From Promethearchaeota archaeon (GTDB lineage: Archaea; Asgardarchaeota; Hermodarchaeia; Hermodarchaeales; Hermodarchaeaceae), in NCBI GenBank assembly GCA_048938295.1, contig JBHLMI010000016.1, forward strand, positions 22,973 through 54,972: a stretch of 32,000 nucleotides of DNA, read 5' to 3'. Positions 1-8,307 of the stretch are shown piece after piece. Every line of letters starts with the position of its first letter. Within the stretch, counting starts at the first letter, position 1. The notes under the pieces were generated by a model that worked only from the letters and a program-made list of their open reading frames with translations, was not told the origin of the DNA and did not search any database. Position numbers and translations under genes: made by a program.

Positions 1-1
1 T

Positions 2-1051
2 CAAATGGTGTTACGACGTCTGGATGCCGATTATAGATCCTTCTTCGCTAGATGGAAAAAAGGTGATCAAAATGCTCACCCACCTCGCTTCAAAGGTAAG
101 TACTATTTCACAACATTATGCTATAATCAATCGGGCTTCATAATAGATGTTGTAAACAAACAAATCCGGTTTTCTCATAATCATCCATCAGGCATGGAAC
201 TCACTTTCAATCTAGTTTGGCTGCCACACCTTTCAGGAAAGGTTAAACAGGTTGAGATTTTCCAGGATCGGTCGTGTCGCTGGTTCGTTGCTATTGTTAT
301 TGACGAGAAAGTTCCTATGTATGATGATAACAGATTATACCAAGCCATTGATTTAGGTATCATCAATTTAGTTACAACAGTCAACCTTCATGGTAAATTC
401 GTTCAAGTTCGGAACCGCCGGGCAGACCTGTATTGGCGGAAAAAAATACGAGAAGTACAATCTAAACGCGATCATTGCAAACAATTCAGCAACAAATGGT
501 ATCGATATGATGTGAAATTAAAGAAGATGAAACAAAGAATGGTCCATCAGCTTCGAGATTTCCAACACAAAACATCAAGTCGTTTGGTGAAAAATACTAA
601 AGCGAATACGATTATCCTCGGTGATCTTAGAGTAAAAGATATGGTTCAAAAGCAAGTGCTTGGTAGCAATCGACAAACCAAAGCTAAAAAGACCCTTAAC
701 CATTCCACTCAGAACACAGGTTTTCTTGGGCGATTTGCCGAATTCTTGACCTACAAAGCTCAGCGAGTAGGTAAAAAAGTTGTAAGAATTGACGAATCGT
801 ATACTACACAAACTTGCTGTATCTGTAGAAAGGTGATGCGGCGACAATTATCCGACCGTCTTATTCAATGCGATTGTGGAAATACATTGGATCGAGATAA
901 GAATGCAGCGGTCAACATTATGGTCCGATTCCTATCGCAACAACCCCCTGTGAACGGGGAGCCATTACAGATTTTTTTGGATGGCTTGTATCGACACACA
1001 GCCCTATCCCTCTCTACTCGGGTAGAGGACTCGATAGAAGCCCCTGTATGA
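2..1051 (+). CDS. tnpB: TnpB / OrfB-type RNA-guided endonuclease-like protein, N-terminus cut by the window edge
   Basis: RuvC-I motif AIDLGI (D at 350-352). Zinc-finger cysteines CCIC...CDCG. RuvC-III motif DRDKNAAVNI (D at 896-898). YTTQTC motif. The reading frame stays open to base 2. Confidence 0.85.
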   Translation, partial: QMVLRRLDADYRSFFARWKKGDQNAHPPRFKGKYYFTTLCYNQSGFIIDVVNKQIRFSHNHPSGMELTFNLVWLPHLSGKVKQVEIFQDRSCRWFVAIVIDEKVPMYDDNRLYQAIDLGIINLVTTVNLHGKFVQVRNRRADLYWRKKIREVQSKRDHCKQFSNKWYRYDVKLKKMKQRMVHQLRDFQHKTSSRLVKNTKANTIILGDLRVKDMVQKQVLGSNRQTKAKKTLNHSTQNTGFLGRFAEFLTYKAQRVGKKVVRIDESYTTQTCCICRKVMRRQLSDRLIQCDCGNTLDRDKNAAVNIMVRFLSQQPPVNGEPLQIFLDGLYRHTALSLSTRVEDSIEAPV

Positions 1052-1100
1052 TTTACGGGGCAGTTCACTCCTAACGGATACGCCAATTCAAGACGATTAG
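940..1100 (+). ncRNA. Candidate omega/reRNA scaffold and guide region of the TnpB element
   Basis: Three stem-loops overlap the tnpB 3' end: CCCC..GGGG at 953-968, TCTCTAC-TCGG-GTAGAGG at 1011-1028, and CCCCTGTA..TTACGGGG at 1041-1060. The first and third share the pattern CCCCTGT...ACGGGG. The boundaries are guesses. Confidence 0.3.
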
Positions 1101-1109
1101 TAGCCGGTA

Positions 1110-2510
1110 TCATTTCCGTTTCAGATGAGCTGGAATGATGTATTTGTCTGGGGCGGTTTCGATGGGTTGAAGATAGGGTTGAAGGGGTTTCGGGATTAGA
1201 ATCCGTCCGTCTGGTTGGAGGTTATTCTCCAGCACAGCGGTTATGGATCGGGTGGTAGCAATCACTGTTGAGTTCAAGGTGTGTACGAAGCCCTTTGTTG
1301 GGTGTCCACGCGTTTTAGCGTAGCGAATATTGAGGCGATATGCTTGGTAATCAGTACAGTTGCTGCAGGATACGAATTCTCGATATCGCCCTTGAGAGGG
1401 CATCCAGAGCTCCAGATCATAGGTCTTGGACGCTACTCGACCGAAGTCTCCACTGGGTAAAATCACGATTCGAAATGGTATGCCTAGTGGTGCCCAGATT
1501 TCCTCTTCGATGGCAATCATTTTCTCAATCCAATCCCAGGAATCGTTAGGAAGACAAAAAACGAACATTTCGACTTTGGAGAATTGGTGGACGCGGAATA
1601 TTCCCTTGGTGTCTTTCCCATGGGCTCCGGCTTCCTTCCGGTAGCAGGGGCTATAACCAGCGAATTTGAGAGGGAGTTCATCGATTTCGAGGACTTCGTT
1701 CATATACTGGGCGGCAATCGGATGTTCAGAGGTGGCAATAAGATAGAGGTCCTGATCTTCGAGCTTGTACAGTGAGTCCTCAAAGGCACTGATATCTGTG
1801 ACGCCGCTGTATGCTGCTTGGTTGAGTAAATGTGGGGGGATGAGTGGAGTAAATCCCCGTTTTGTAATGTTATCTAGGGCATAGAGTGCCAATCCAAGAT
1901 CGAGCCAGACGATATCATCAATAAGATAGTAGAACCGGGATCCGGCGACCTTGGCTGCACGAGTCGTATCGATTAAACCGATCTCCTCTGAGATAACATA
2001 GTGGCTTTTCGGCAGGTCTTCAACGACTTCGTATTCGGGTTCCAAGCCCTGGGCAGCTGCGATGAATTGGTCTACATGATTGGTCCAAATCCGTGGTTTA
2101 CCAATGTACTTCACAGGTTTCGCTTCTGTCTCATCCATGCCATCAGGAACAGAATCATGTACAATGTTGGCAATGCCCCAGAGTTTGTCCATCCGCTGCT
2201 TCTCAAGATCAGTAAGTTGTCTCTCTCCTGCCTCGACTTTCTTTGAGAGCTGTTTAGATTTTTTGATAAGGGCTTCTCGTTTGGTCTTATCTTTAGTTTT
2301 TCCAATTTCTTTGGCCACTTCATTTCGCTGGCGTTGGAACTCCGCAAGGTCCGATCGTGTTTTTCTCCACGTTTCATCTAGTTTGATAGCTTCATCAACG
2401 ATGGCAGGATCGAGTCCTCGACGTCGTTGAGACCTTCGAAGTATTTCAGGGTCTTCACGCACAGCTGTAAGTATAGACCACGTACTCAATTTCTTCTCCT
2501 CGGGGAGCAC
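1110..2510 (-). CDS. serS: Seryl-tRNA synthetase
   Basis: N-terminal coiled-coil arm. Class II motifs FRVHQFSKVEMF and GRYREFVSCSNCTDYQAYRLNIRY. The ORF has a GTG start at 2510. An alternative TTG at 2489 is preceded by GAGGAG. Confidence 0.9.
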   Translation of the reverse strand: MLPEEKKLSTWSILTAVREDPEILRRSQRRRGLDPAIVDEAIKLDETWRKTRSDLAEFQRQRNEVAKEIGKTKDKTKREALIKKSKQLSKKVEAGERQLTDLEKQRMDKLWGIANIVHDSVPDGMDETEAKPVKYIGKPRIWTNHVDQFIAAAQGLEPEYEVVEDLPKSHYVISEEIGLIDTTRAAKVAGSRFYYLIDDIVWLDLGLALYALDNITKRGFTPLIPPHLLNQAAYSGVTDISAFEDSLYKLEDQDLYLIATSEHPIAAQYMNEVLEIDELPLKFAGYSPCYRKEAGAHGKDTKGIFRVHQFSKVEMFVFCLPNDSWDWIEKMIAIEEEIWAPLGIPFRIVILPSGDFGRVASKTYDLELWMPSQGRYREFVSCSNCTDYQAYRLNIRYAKTRGHPTKGFVHTLNSTVIATTRSITAVLENNLQPDGRILIPKPLQPYLQPIETAPDKYIIPAHLKRK

Positions 2511-2586
2511 TCACTATTTTGCGATTAAAAAACCTTCCCTCCGCTCTCAACCCATTTGTTGTTTTCCTTTTGGAGTCGCTTGGGTT

Positions 2587-3795
2587 CTAGAATACTTCAG
2601 CTCGACGAGCGATAATGATGCACAATACGATTACTACGACTACTACGACTACAGCGACAATCCACCATGGAAAGACAAAAAGGTCGGGTCCCACTGGCAG
2701 GAGAAGTTGGTCAAGTTGGTCGAGTAGGGCTAGAGTGGAAACTGCGAAATTTGTTTGGGTGGCAGTTCCATTTGTTCCGCTAATATCGTTGAAGCCACCG
2801 TCAAGAGTCTGTTTGCTAAGTATCCATGCTGTGATATCCTCTGTAACTAGCTGACTGTCTGCGCTGAGGATTTGTAGACTAGCTACCGCATAAAAGGTTG
2901 CTAGAAGGGTAGCAACAGGGTTGTCTGGCGTATAACTGAAGCCCCCTTGGTATTGAGGATAATTCATATCATCGCGATAATGGGGAAGAATGTAATCAAT
3001 CGCTGCTTGTTCATCGATTATTGATAGGGCTCCGAGTATTTGGAGACTACGCAGGGCCATGTAAGTTGTTTGCAAGTCTGCTACTGTAGAGTTCCGTCCG
3101 TTAGCAAATCCTCCATAGCTGGGCGAAAGCGGATCTGATAGAAGCTGGCTGGAATTCAGCCAGTCAATTGCTAAGGAGGTATTCATTTGCGAAATCGCAT
3201 TGTACACGTCAAGAATTTGAATCGCAGAATAGGTGGCCGACACCGTAGCAGAGATATTAGCCCAATCCATGAACCCGCCAACCGTGTCAGGATACAAAGT
3301 GGCGTTAGTGTGTTGTAGGTTGATAGTGAAATCTATGAGAATAGTGAAATCAATATTATCTGTATGATTAAGGAGATCGAGCGTCTGGGCTCCAAAGGCA
3401 CTTGCCGAGAGCGTTGCATTCGGGTAGCCATAATACGGTGGGAATCCCCCATAGCTTGGATCTGAAGACATTTCATCGACTTGAAGTTCGGTAACCCATT
3501 CTGTCATGTTCTCAATTAAGACCCGATCCGGAGTAAGGAGGTCCGCCGCGATCCAGGCATCAAGGGTATCAAAGACGTTAGCGATGGCAAAGGTATTAGA
3601 TATTGTGGGAAGTGGTTCGCCTGGTCGCAAAACTGCACCACCAGAGCCGTCTAAACAAGTCACGGAGAAGGCAATGATAACATCCTGTCGAGAGGGCGCG
3701 GCTAAGGCAGTCAGAGGGCTAGCCAATACAAGGAGAATGAGCCCAAGAATCAAGGTGTTAGTGAACCTACGCAAGCAATGGTCCTCCAAATTCAC
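2587..3795 (-). CDS. Secreted, C-terminally membrane-anchored protein with prenyltransferase/squalene-cyclase-type alpha/alpha toroid repeats
   Basis: Signal peptide LILGLILLVLASPLTALAAP. Five to six repeats of the type xxGGF...T(Y/F)xAxxxLxxL (SYGGFPP, VGGFMD, SYGGFAN, YQGGFSY, LDGGFND). Many N-x-S/T sequons. Poly-Val C-terminal TM helix followed by RRAEVF. Confidence 0.65.
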   Translation of the reverse strand: MNLEDHCLRRFTNTLILGLILLVLASPLTALAAPSRQDVIIAFSVTCLDGSGGAVLRPGEPLPTISNTFAIANVFDTLDAWIAADLLTPDRVLIENMTEWVTELQVDEMSSDPSYGGFPPYYGYPNATLSASAFGAQTLDLLNHTDNIDFTILIDFTINLQHTNATLYPDTVGGFMDWANISATVSATYSAIQILDVYNAISQMNTSLAIDWLNSSQLLSDPLSPSYGGFANGRNSTVADLQTTYMALRSLQILGALSIIDEQAAIDYILPHYRDDMNYPQYQGGFSYTPDNPVATLLATFYAVASLQILSADSQLVTEDITAWILSKQTLDGGFNDISGTNGTATQTNFAVSTLALLDQLDQLLLPVGPDLFVFPWWIVAVVVVVVVIVLCIIIARRAEVF

Positions 3796-3848
3796 GTGTA
3801 CCGACGTTCACGGCAAAATATACCTTAAAACCTTGTGGTCAGCGACAA

Positions 3849-4772
3849 TTATTGAATAGGTCTGACCATAAGCCAATGGGTAACAGCTTTTACTGCATCA
3901 CCACAAGCTCTTACAATCTGTCGGGGTTCACCAGTTATATCCCCTACGGCATAGACACCTTTAATGTTCGTTTGCTGATTTGCATCCACTATGATATTTC
4001 CTTTATCGTCAAGATTTACTCCTACTGATTCACAAAATGAGCTGTTAGGAGTGCAACCGACGGCAATAAACACACCATCAGCTTCCAGGGTCCATTCCTT
4101 GTCGGTTTTCTTGTTACGTAATTTCACCCCTGTGACCCCTTCCTCCCCTAAAACTTCTAGCAGAATGGTGTCCCAAAGGATTTCAACATTAGACATCGCT
4201 TTCAGTCGATCTGCATAGGTTTTTTCTGCTCGGAGTTGATCCCGGCGATGCACTATATACACTTTTTCAACGATATTAGCTAGAAAGAGGGCATCCATTG
4301 CAGCGGTATTTCCTCCACCCACAACAACCACGCATTTTCCACGATAGAGGGGGCCATCACAGGTGGCACAATAACTGATCCCACGTCCGTGATATTCAGT
4401 TTCGCCCGGTACACCTAGTTCCATATCACAAGCTCCCATCGCCAATACCACAGCCGGAGCGTGGAATTCTTCCCCATCTGCAGTGACCACCACTTTTGTT
4501 GGTTTCGAAAATCGGAATTCCTGTGCTGCAGTCATCTCCCGGATTTCTACTCCCGCGTTTTCCGCTTGGGTTTTCATTTTCGTGGCCAAAGCGCCTCCAC
4601 TGATCTTCTCAAAGCCCGGGTAGTTTTCGATTTCCCAGGCATTCATCATTCGGCCACCACAAATCCCCGTTTCCAAAATTATTGCATTCAAGCCCATTCG
4701 TGCGGCGTATAAGCCTGCAGTCATACCGGCAGGTCCACAGCCAACGATTATGAGGTCACGCTTCTCTGCCAT
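3849..4772 (-). CDS. trxB: Thioredoxin-disulfide reductase
   Basis: FAD motif IIVGCGPAG, redox-active CATCDG, NADPH motif VVGGGNTA...HRRD, C-terminal GDITG. Confidence 0.9.
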   Translation of the reverse strand: MAEKRDLIIVGCGPAGMTAGLYAARMGLNAIILETGICGGRMMNAWEIENYPGFEKISGGALATKMKTQAENAGVEIREMTAAQEFRFSKPTKVVVTADGEEFHAPAVVLAMGACDMELGVPGETEYHGRGISYCATCDGPLYRGKCVVVVGGGNTAAMDALFLANIVEKVYIVHRRDQLRAEKTYADRLKAMSNVEILWDTILLEVLGEEGVTGVKLRNKKTDKEWTLEADGVFIAVGCTPNSSFCESVGVNLDDKGNIIVDANQQTNIKGVYAVGDITGEPRQIVRACGDAVKAVTHWLMVRPIQ

Positions 4773-4864
4773 TACTTAACTCGCCTCATTTCCGCCTTCA
4801 CAGTGTGTCCGCTATATGTAGATTTTGGCTTTGTACATCATGCTCTCCAAAACATGAAGAGCAG

Positions 4865-5482
4865 TTACAGTTCTTGGGCCTTCCCTTGAGCAACTTCTTC
4901 AAGTTTTTCGACTGCTTCCTTATAACCGCCAGCATAGATGATGTCGCCAGGAAGAAGTTTGAATCGTCCATGTGGATCATAGGTCCACTGGTCTTTGCGC
5001 TTCACGACGAAGATCCGTGTGCCATGGTCCTCCAATCGGAGCTGTCCTAGGGTTTTGTTGGCAAGGATGGATTTGGCATCAACAATCTGACGGCTGACCC
5101 TTTCATCAGCGTCTTTCAATGCCAGGCGCATGAGAGGATGGACATCGACGCCACGAAGCACAATTTCCGCCATTTGTGCGGCAGCATCTACGAGGTTTTC
5201 AGCTGCAACGCCAAGCCTGATGAGGCCCAGTCGGCGTTTCTCTTCTCCCTCTTCGAGCTCCATGCGTAAAACTTCAAGTTCAAATTCAGTATGAAAGCCA
5301 TCGAAGGTTTCTTCTAATTCAAAGATGTCTTCGGCTATGTCTTTATTATTAGTTAGCAACGCAGTATAAGCTAGGCTTATGAGAAGCTCAGAGGTATCCT
5401 TCAATTGGATAAGCATTGTGAGAATACGTTCCCCTGGCGTCTGTTCTCCAGTAGGGGTTTTAAGCAATCTTTTCAAGCTCAC
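4865..5482 (-). CDS. PhoU-like domain + TrkA-C (RCK C-terminal) domain protein, paralogue B
   Basis: It aligns by eye with the upstream paralogue (LIQLKDTSELLISLAYTAL versus LVEMKDLSELMIDLAYSAV). The C-terminal TrkA-C-like segment is KTLGQLRL...IFVVKRKDQW...LLPGDIIY. GTG start overlaps the upstream gene by 23 nt. Confidence 0.7.
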   Translation of the reverse strand: MSLKRLLKTPTGEQTPGERILTMLIQLKDTSELLISLAYTALLTNNKDIAEDIFELEETFDGFHTEFELEVLRMELEEGEEKRRLGLIRLGVAAENLVDAAAQMAEIVLRGVDVHPLMRLALKDADERVSRQIVDAKSILANKTLGQLRLEDHGTRIFVVKRKDQWTYDPHGRFKLLPGDIIYAGGYKEAVEKLEEVAQGKAQEL

Positions 5483-6068
5483 CAGAGGCTAACTCCTGCA
5501 GTTTCTTTATACTATCAGCTGAACCCCGAGCGATGACTCGATCGCCTTTTTGCAATTCAAAAGTTTCAGATGGGTCGATTGTCCATTTTCTCTTTCGTTG
5601 AATTGCAATGATATCAGCGCCAATTTCTTCTTCGAGATTGATATCAGCTAGAGTCTTCTCTACCAGCATTGATTTTTTCAGAATGGTTGCCCGTCCAACA
5701 ATTTCGTCAGCTTGACTCATCGCGAGCCATAATATTCCCGGTATGCCAATATCATGCAGGACGAGTCCAGCGATGTCTGCAGCGGCGTCACTGATTTTGT
5801 TTGCAGATGAAGCTGTTTTCATGATACTGACGATTTGTTCGGCGTCTTTTTTGTCACGAACGGCCAGCGATGCGTTCATGAGTAATAGGTAGCCAAGGTA
5901 ATCGACACGTTCTTCCATATCCATGACTTCTTCAGCTAAATCGCGGTCATTGAACATGACCGCTGAGTAAGCCAGGTCAATCATTAACTCACTGAGGTCT
6001 TTCATTTCTACTAGTAATTCACGGACTGGGATGGGTTGATACTCGACTTCGTGAAGTTCCTCTTGCAT
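5460..6068 (-). CDS. PhoU-like domain + TrkA-C domain protein, paralogue A
   Basis: The N-terminal helical PhoU-like region matches the archaeal PhoU/TrkA_C family pattern. The C-terminal TrkA-C-like segment is KTLADINLEEEIGADIIAIQRKRKW...LQKGDRVIARG. Confidence 0.75.
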   Translation of the reverse strand: MQEELHEVEYQPIPVRELLVEMKDLSELMIDLAYSAVMFNDRDLAEEVMDMEERVDYLGYLLLMNASLAVRDKKDAEQIVSIMKTASSANKISDAAADIAGLVLHDIGIPGILWLAMSQADEIVGRATILKKSMLVEKTLADINLEEEIGADIIAIQRKRKWTIDPSETFELQKGDRVIARGSADSIKKLQELASGELEKIA

Positions 6069-6216
6069 AACGGTGTCACGAGCTCCCAGAAAAAATGGAG
6101 ATCCAATATTCCAATACCTTATCTGCAGAAAACACGCTTTTCAGTCTTTCGAGTTATCCAATGATGCGAAGAAACTTAATAGGCACACCTCCACAGGAAT
6201 GTAATCAAACTAGAGT

Positions 6217-6888
6217 GTGGTTACGATGGTCGTCGGACGCATCAAAGAACAATTCAAGCGTGCTTTTTCACCAGTTGCACGTATCATTGCAAAGTCACGC
6301 GTCCCCCCCAATGCACTCACTCTCTTAGGACCAGTTATTGCTAGCTTTGCCGCTTGGATGTATATTCAACAGCAACTGGCACTGGCACTTCTACTTCTAT
6401 TGCTTTCAGGTTTTGTGGATGCCCTTGATGGTGCCGTGGCTCGGGAGATGGGGAAGACATCAGCATTTGGCGGAGTGCTAGACAGCATCTGCGATCGTTA
6501 TAGCGATGCCATTGTCCTCTTTGGGATAATTCTTGGTGGCTGGGTCTCCACTCTTTGGGGTATCGTTGCTATTGTTGGGAGCCTGCTGGTCAGCTATGTT
6601 CGGGCACGCGCAGAAGCCGCAAGGGTTACCCAACTGGGTATAGGAATTGCAGAACGTCCTGAACGCTTAATCATTCTAATGGTTGTAACCCTCTTACAGT
6701 ATCTTACCGTAATTGGTGTCCTCTTTGCCCCACCGATTTTCTTCGGTCTCGAGAACTGGATAGCTTATGGTGTTGTGCTTGTAGCCATCCTTGCCCATGT
6801 CACAGTGATTCAACGCGCAATTTCTGCCTACCGTGTACTTTCTAGGATGGAGTCAGAGTCCGAGCAAGCAAATCAAGAAAAAGCCTAG
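6217..6888 (+). CDS. CDP-alcohol phosphatidyltransferase family membrane enzyme (polar lipid head-group synthase)
   Basis: Complete signature D-x2-DG-x2-AR-x8-G-x3-D-x3-D in VDALDGAVAREMGKTSAFGGVLDSICDRYSD. Multiple hydrophobic helices. Start is GTG at 6217 or ATG at 6226. Confidence 0.85.
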   Translation: MVTMVVGRIKEQFKRAFSPVARIIAKSRVPPNALTLLGPVIASFAAWMYIQQQLALALLLLLLSGFVDALDGAVAREMGKTSAFGGVLDSICDRYSDAIVLFGIILGGWVSTLWGIVAIVGSLLVSYVRARAEAARVTQLGIGIAERPERLIILMVVTLLQYLTVIGVLFAPPIFFGLENWIAYGVVLVAILAHVTVIQRAISAYRVLSRMESESEQANQEKA

Positions 6889-7231
6889 CCTGATTGAGGG
6901 TTTTTCGGCCCAGGTCGGTAATCCGATAATATTTCCGAGGTGGTCGGCGTCCTTCTTTTCTTTCCTCACTGAGCTCCACTAATCCATCACGTTGGAGTTT
7001 ATGTAAGAGCACATACGCTGTAACTGAAGCCATTTTCACTCCAAACCGTTCTTTGACAATTCCTTGCACCTCATATCCGAAGTAATCCCTCTCTTCCAAC
7101 AGGGTCAAGACATACAGCCAGAGATTGTCTTTAGTCGTCCGAGAAACTAACCGTCGCATAGCTTTCGTTTGATGGTTTGAATACTTGTCCAGAGCCTGAA
7201 CAAACTCGGAATTATCGGTCATGACGTCCAC
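6842..7231 (-). CDS. PadR-family winged-helix transcriptional regulator
   Basis: The pattern LWLYVLTLLEERDYFGYEVQ...AYVLLHKLQRDGLVE...RKYYRITDLGRK is typical of PadR. The start is probably the ATG at 7222. Confidence 0.8.
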   Translation of the reverse strand: MDVMTDNSEFVQALDKYSNHQTKAMRRLVSRTTKDNLWLYVLTLLEERDYFGYEVQGIVKERFGVKMASVTAYVLLHKLQRDGLVELSEERKEGRRPPRKYYRITDLGRKTLNQARLFLDLLARTLTPS

Positions 7232-7244
7232 GTCTTTAGTCTCA

Positions 7245-7856
7245 TTATGTTCCTTCTCGTCGAAGCAGATCGAGTAGAAATAAACTAATCACCTGGCTTC
7301 CCAAAAGGCTTCTCGTTCCAATGCTAACTTCTTGGACTACCTTCGCTCTGACCTCTTTTTCATGAGCTGGGGAAAGCCCCTGGTCATCGCCTAAAATCAC
7401 TACGATTGGCTCATTCAACCTCAACTTTACTTGCTCTAGCGGCTGACCGGTTTCCACTAAATACAGAACCTGTTTTTTATCTTGGATAACATCCTCAAGG
7501 GTTTGCCCAAAGTCTTGGGGTGTGATTGTAAATTGGGGCCAATTCGGATCCTGTGAAACAGATTGGGATCGATATCGATAAAGCAAGCCTTTCAAAATGA
7601 GCGCGCATTCAAGTTCACTCTCAGGGAAATCTTCCGGGTTTACATTCGTGACTTGGAGTCGAAGTGGTGGGTTTGGAGGGCCTCCAAAAATAGCATCAAG
7701 TTGAATGGCAGATGAGAACGTCGGAACTGTCCGATACGCAGATACGAGAATCCGGCAGATAACATCCAGTCGCCCACTTGTTCCTGGTACATCCCGTATC
7801 AGAAACTCGTCTGAGGTGCGTACCCGCAAAGCGTCTACAATGATGTACAGGTCCAA
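7245..7856 (-). CDS. trmY: tRNA (pseudouridine54-N1)-methyltransferase, SPOUT family
   Basis: Motifs DVPGTSGRLDVICR, FGGPPNPPLRLQV and VVILGDDQGLS match the TrmY/DUF358 pattern. TTG start is preceded by GGAGTGG. Confidence 0.75.
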   Translation of the reverse strand: MDLYIIVDALRVRTSDEFLIRDVPGTSGRLDVICRILVSAYRTVPTFSSAIQLDAIFGGPPNPPLRLQVTNVNPEDFPESELECALILKGLLYRYRSQSVSQDPNWPQFTITPQDFGQTLEDVIQDKKQVLYLVETGQPLEQVKLRLNEPIVVILGDDQGLSPAHEKEVRAKVVQEVSIGTRSLLGSQVISLFLLDLLRREGT

Positions 7857-7913
7857 AATCTGCCACTCCAGCGACTAGCCCTCTGCTGTAAGGAGAACCT
7901 GCTTTATTGCCGG

Positions 7914-8189
7914 TTACTTTCCTTTTCGATCTTTGCGACTCCGGATGGTTACAACTCCACTATGCACGGCGCAACTGATACAATACCACTTGGTGGTCTG
8001 TCGCGCAGGAATGAAGGTGCCTGCACGCCGTAGTTCTCGCGCCATCTGTGGGTCGACAAAAGAAGTACGTGAGGTTCGTTTTTTTGCTTTATCTCGAGGG
8101 ACTATTTTTCCACACTTAGTACACTGAACTGTGGCTCCACGGCCTGTCGCACCTTTGCTGCGACCGCCACTTTTCCGTTTAGATGGCAA
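7914..8189 (-). CDS. rps26e: Ribosomal protein eS26
   Basis: The sequence PSKRKSGGRSKGATGRG..VQCTKCGKIVPRDKAKKR...YCISCAVHSGVVTIRSRKDRK is the eS26 pattern. The preferred start is TTG at 8189, preceded by GAGATGATC (one mismatch to GAGGTGATC) at 5-nt spacing. The ORF track extends to 8249. Confidence 0.85.
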   Translation of the reverse strand: MPSKRKSGGRSKGATGRGATVQCTKCGKIVPRDKAKKRTSRTSFVDPQMARELRRAGTFIPARQTTKWYCISCAVHSGVVTIRSRKDRKGK

Positions 8190-8307
8190 TATGCGATCAT
8201 CTCGAAGATTCACAGCGGGTGTTGTCAGCCTTCCTGTAAGCTGAGTCAACGACCGCTTGAGTGGAGCATGTATCCTTGATTGAAAAACTTTGTGCTCTCA
8301 CACGCAT

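Larger units (their letters stand above)
1..1100 (+). mobile_element. Right-hand portion of an IS200/IS605-family (tnpB-bearing) element. The left end lies upstream of the window and the right end is not precisely mapped.
   Basis: The tnpB ORF runs off the 5' window edge. Stem-loops lie inside and just after its 3' end. The region looks more AT-rich than the neighbouring housekeeping genes (by eye, not computed). It abuts the stop codon of convergent serS at 1110. Confidence 0.55.

Noticed and set aside
865-1113. 82-aa minus-strand ORF spanning the tnpB 3' end and the serS stop
   Set aside because: It is antisense to the TnpB zinc-finger/RuvC-III region and overlaps structured RNA-like hairpins. 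It has no coding features.
2632-2658. 9-bp tandem repeat TACTACGAC x2 plus a degenerate third copy
   Set aside because: This is a codon-level repeat encoding the poly-Val core (VVVVVVV) of the C-terminal TM helix of the 2587-3795 protein. It is not an independent repeat element, although it could be slippage-prone.
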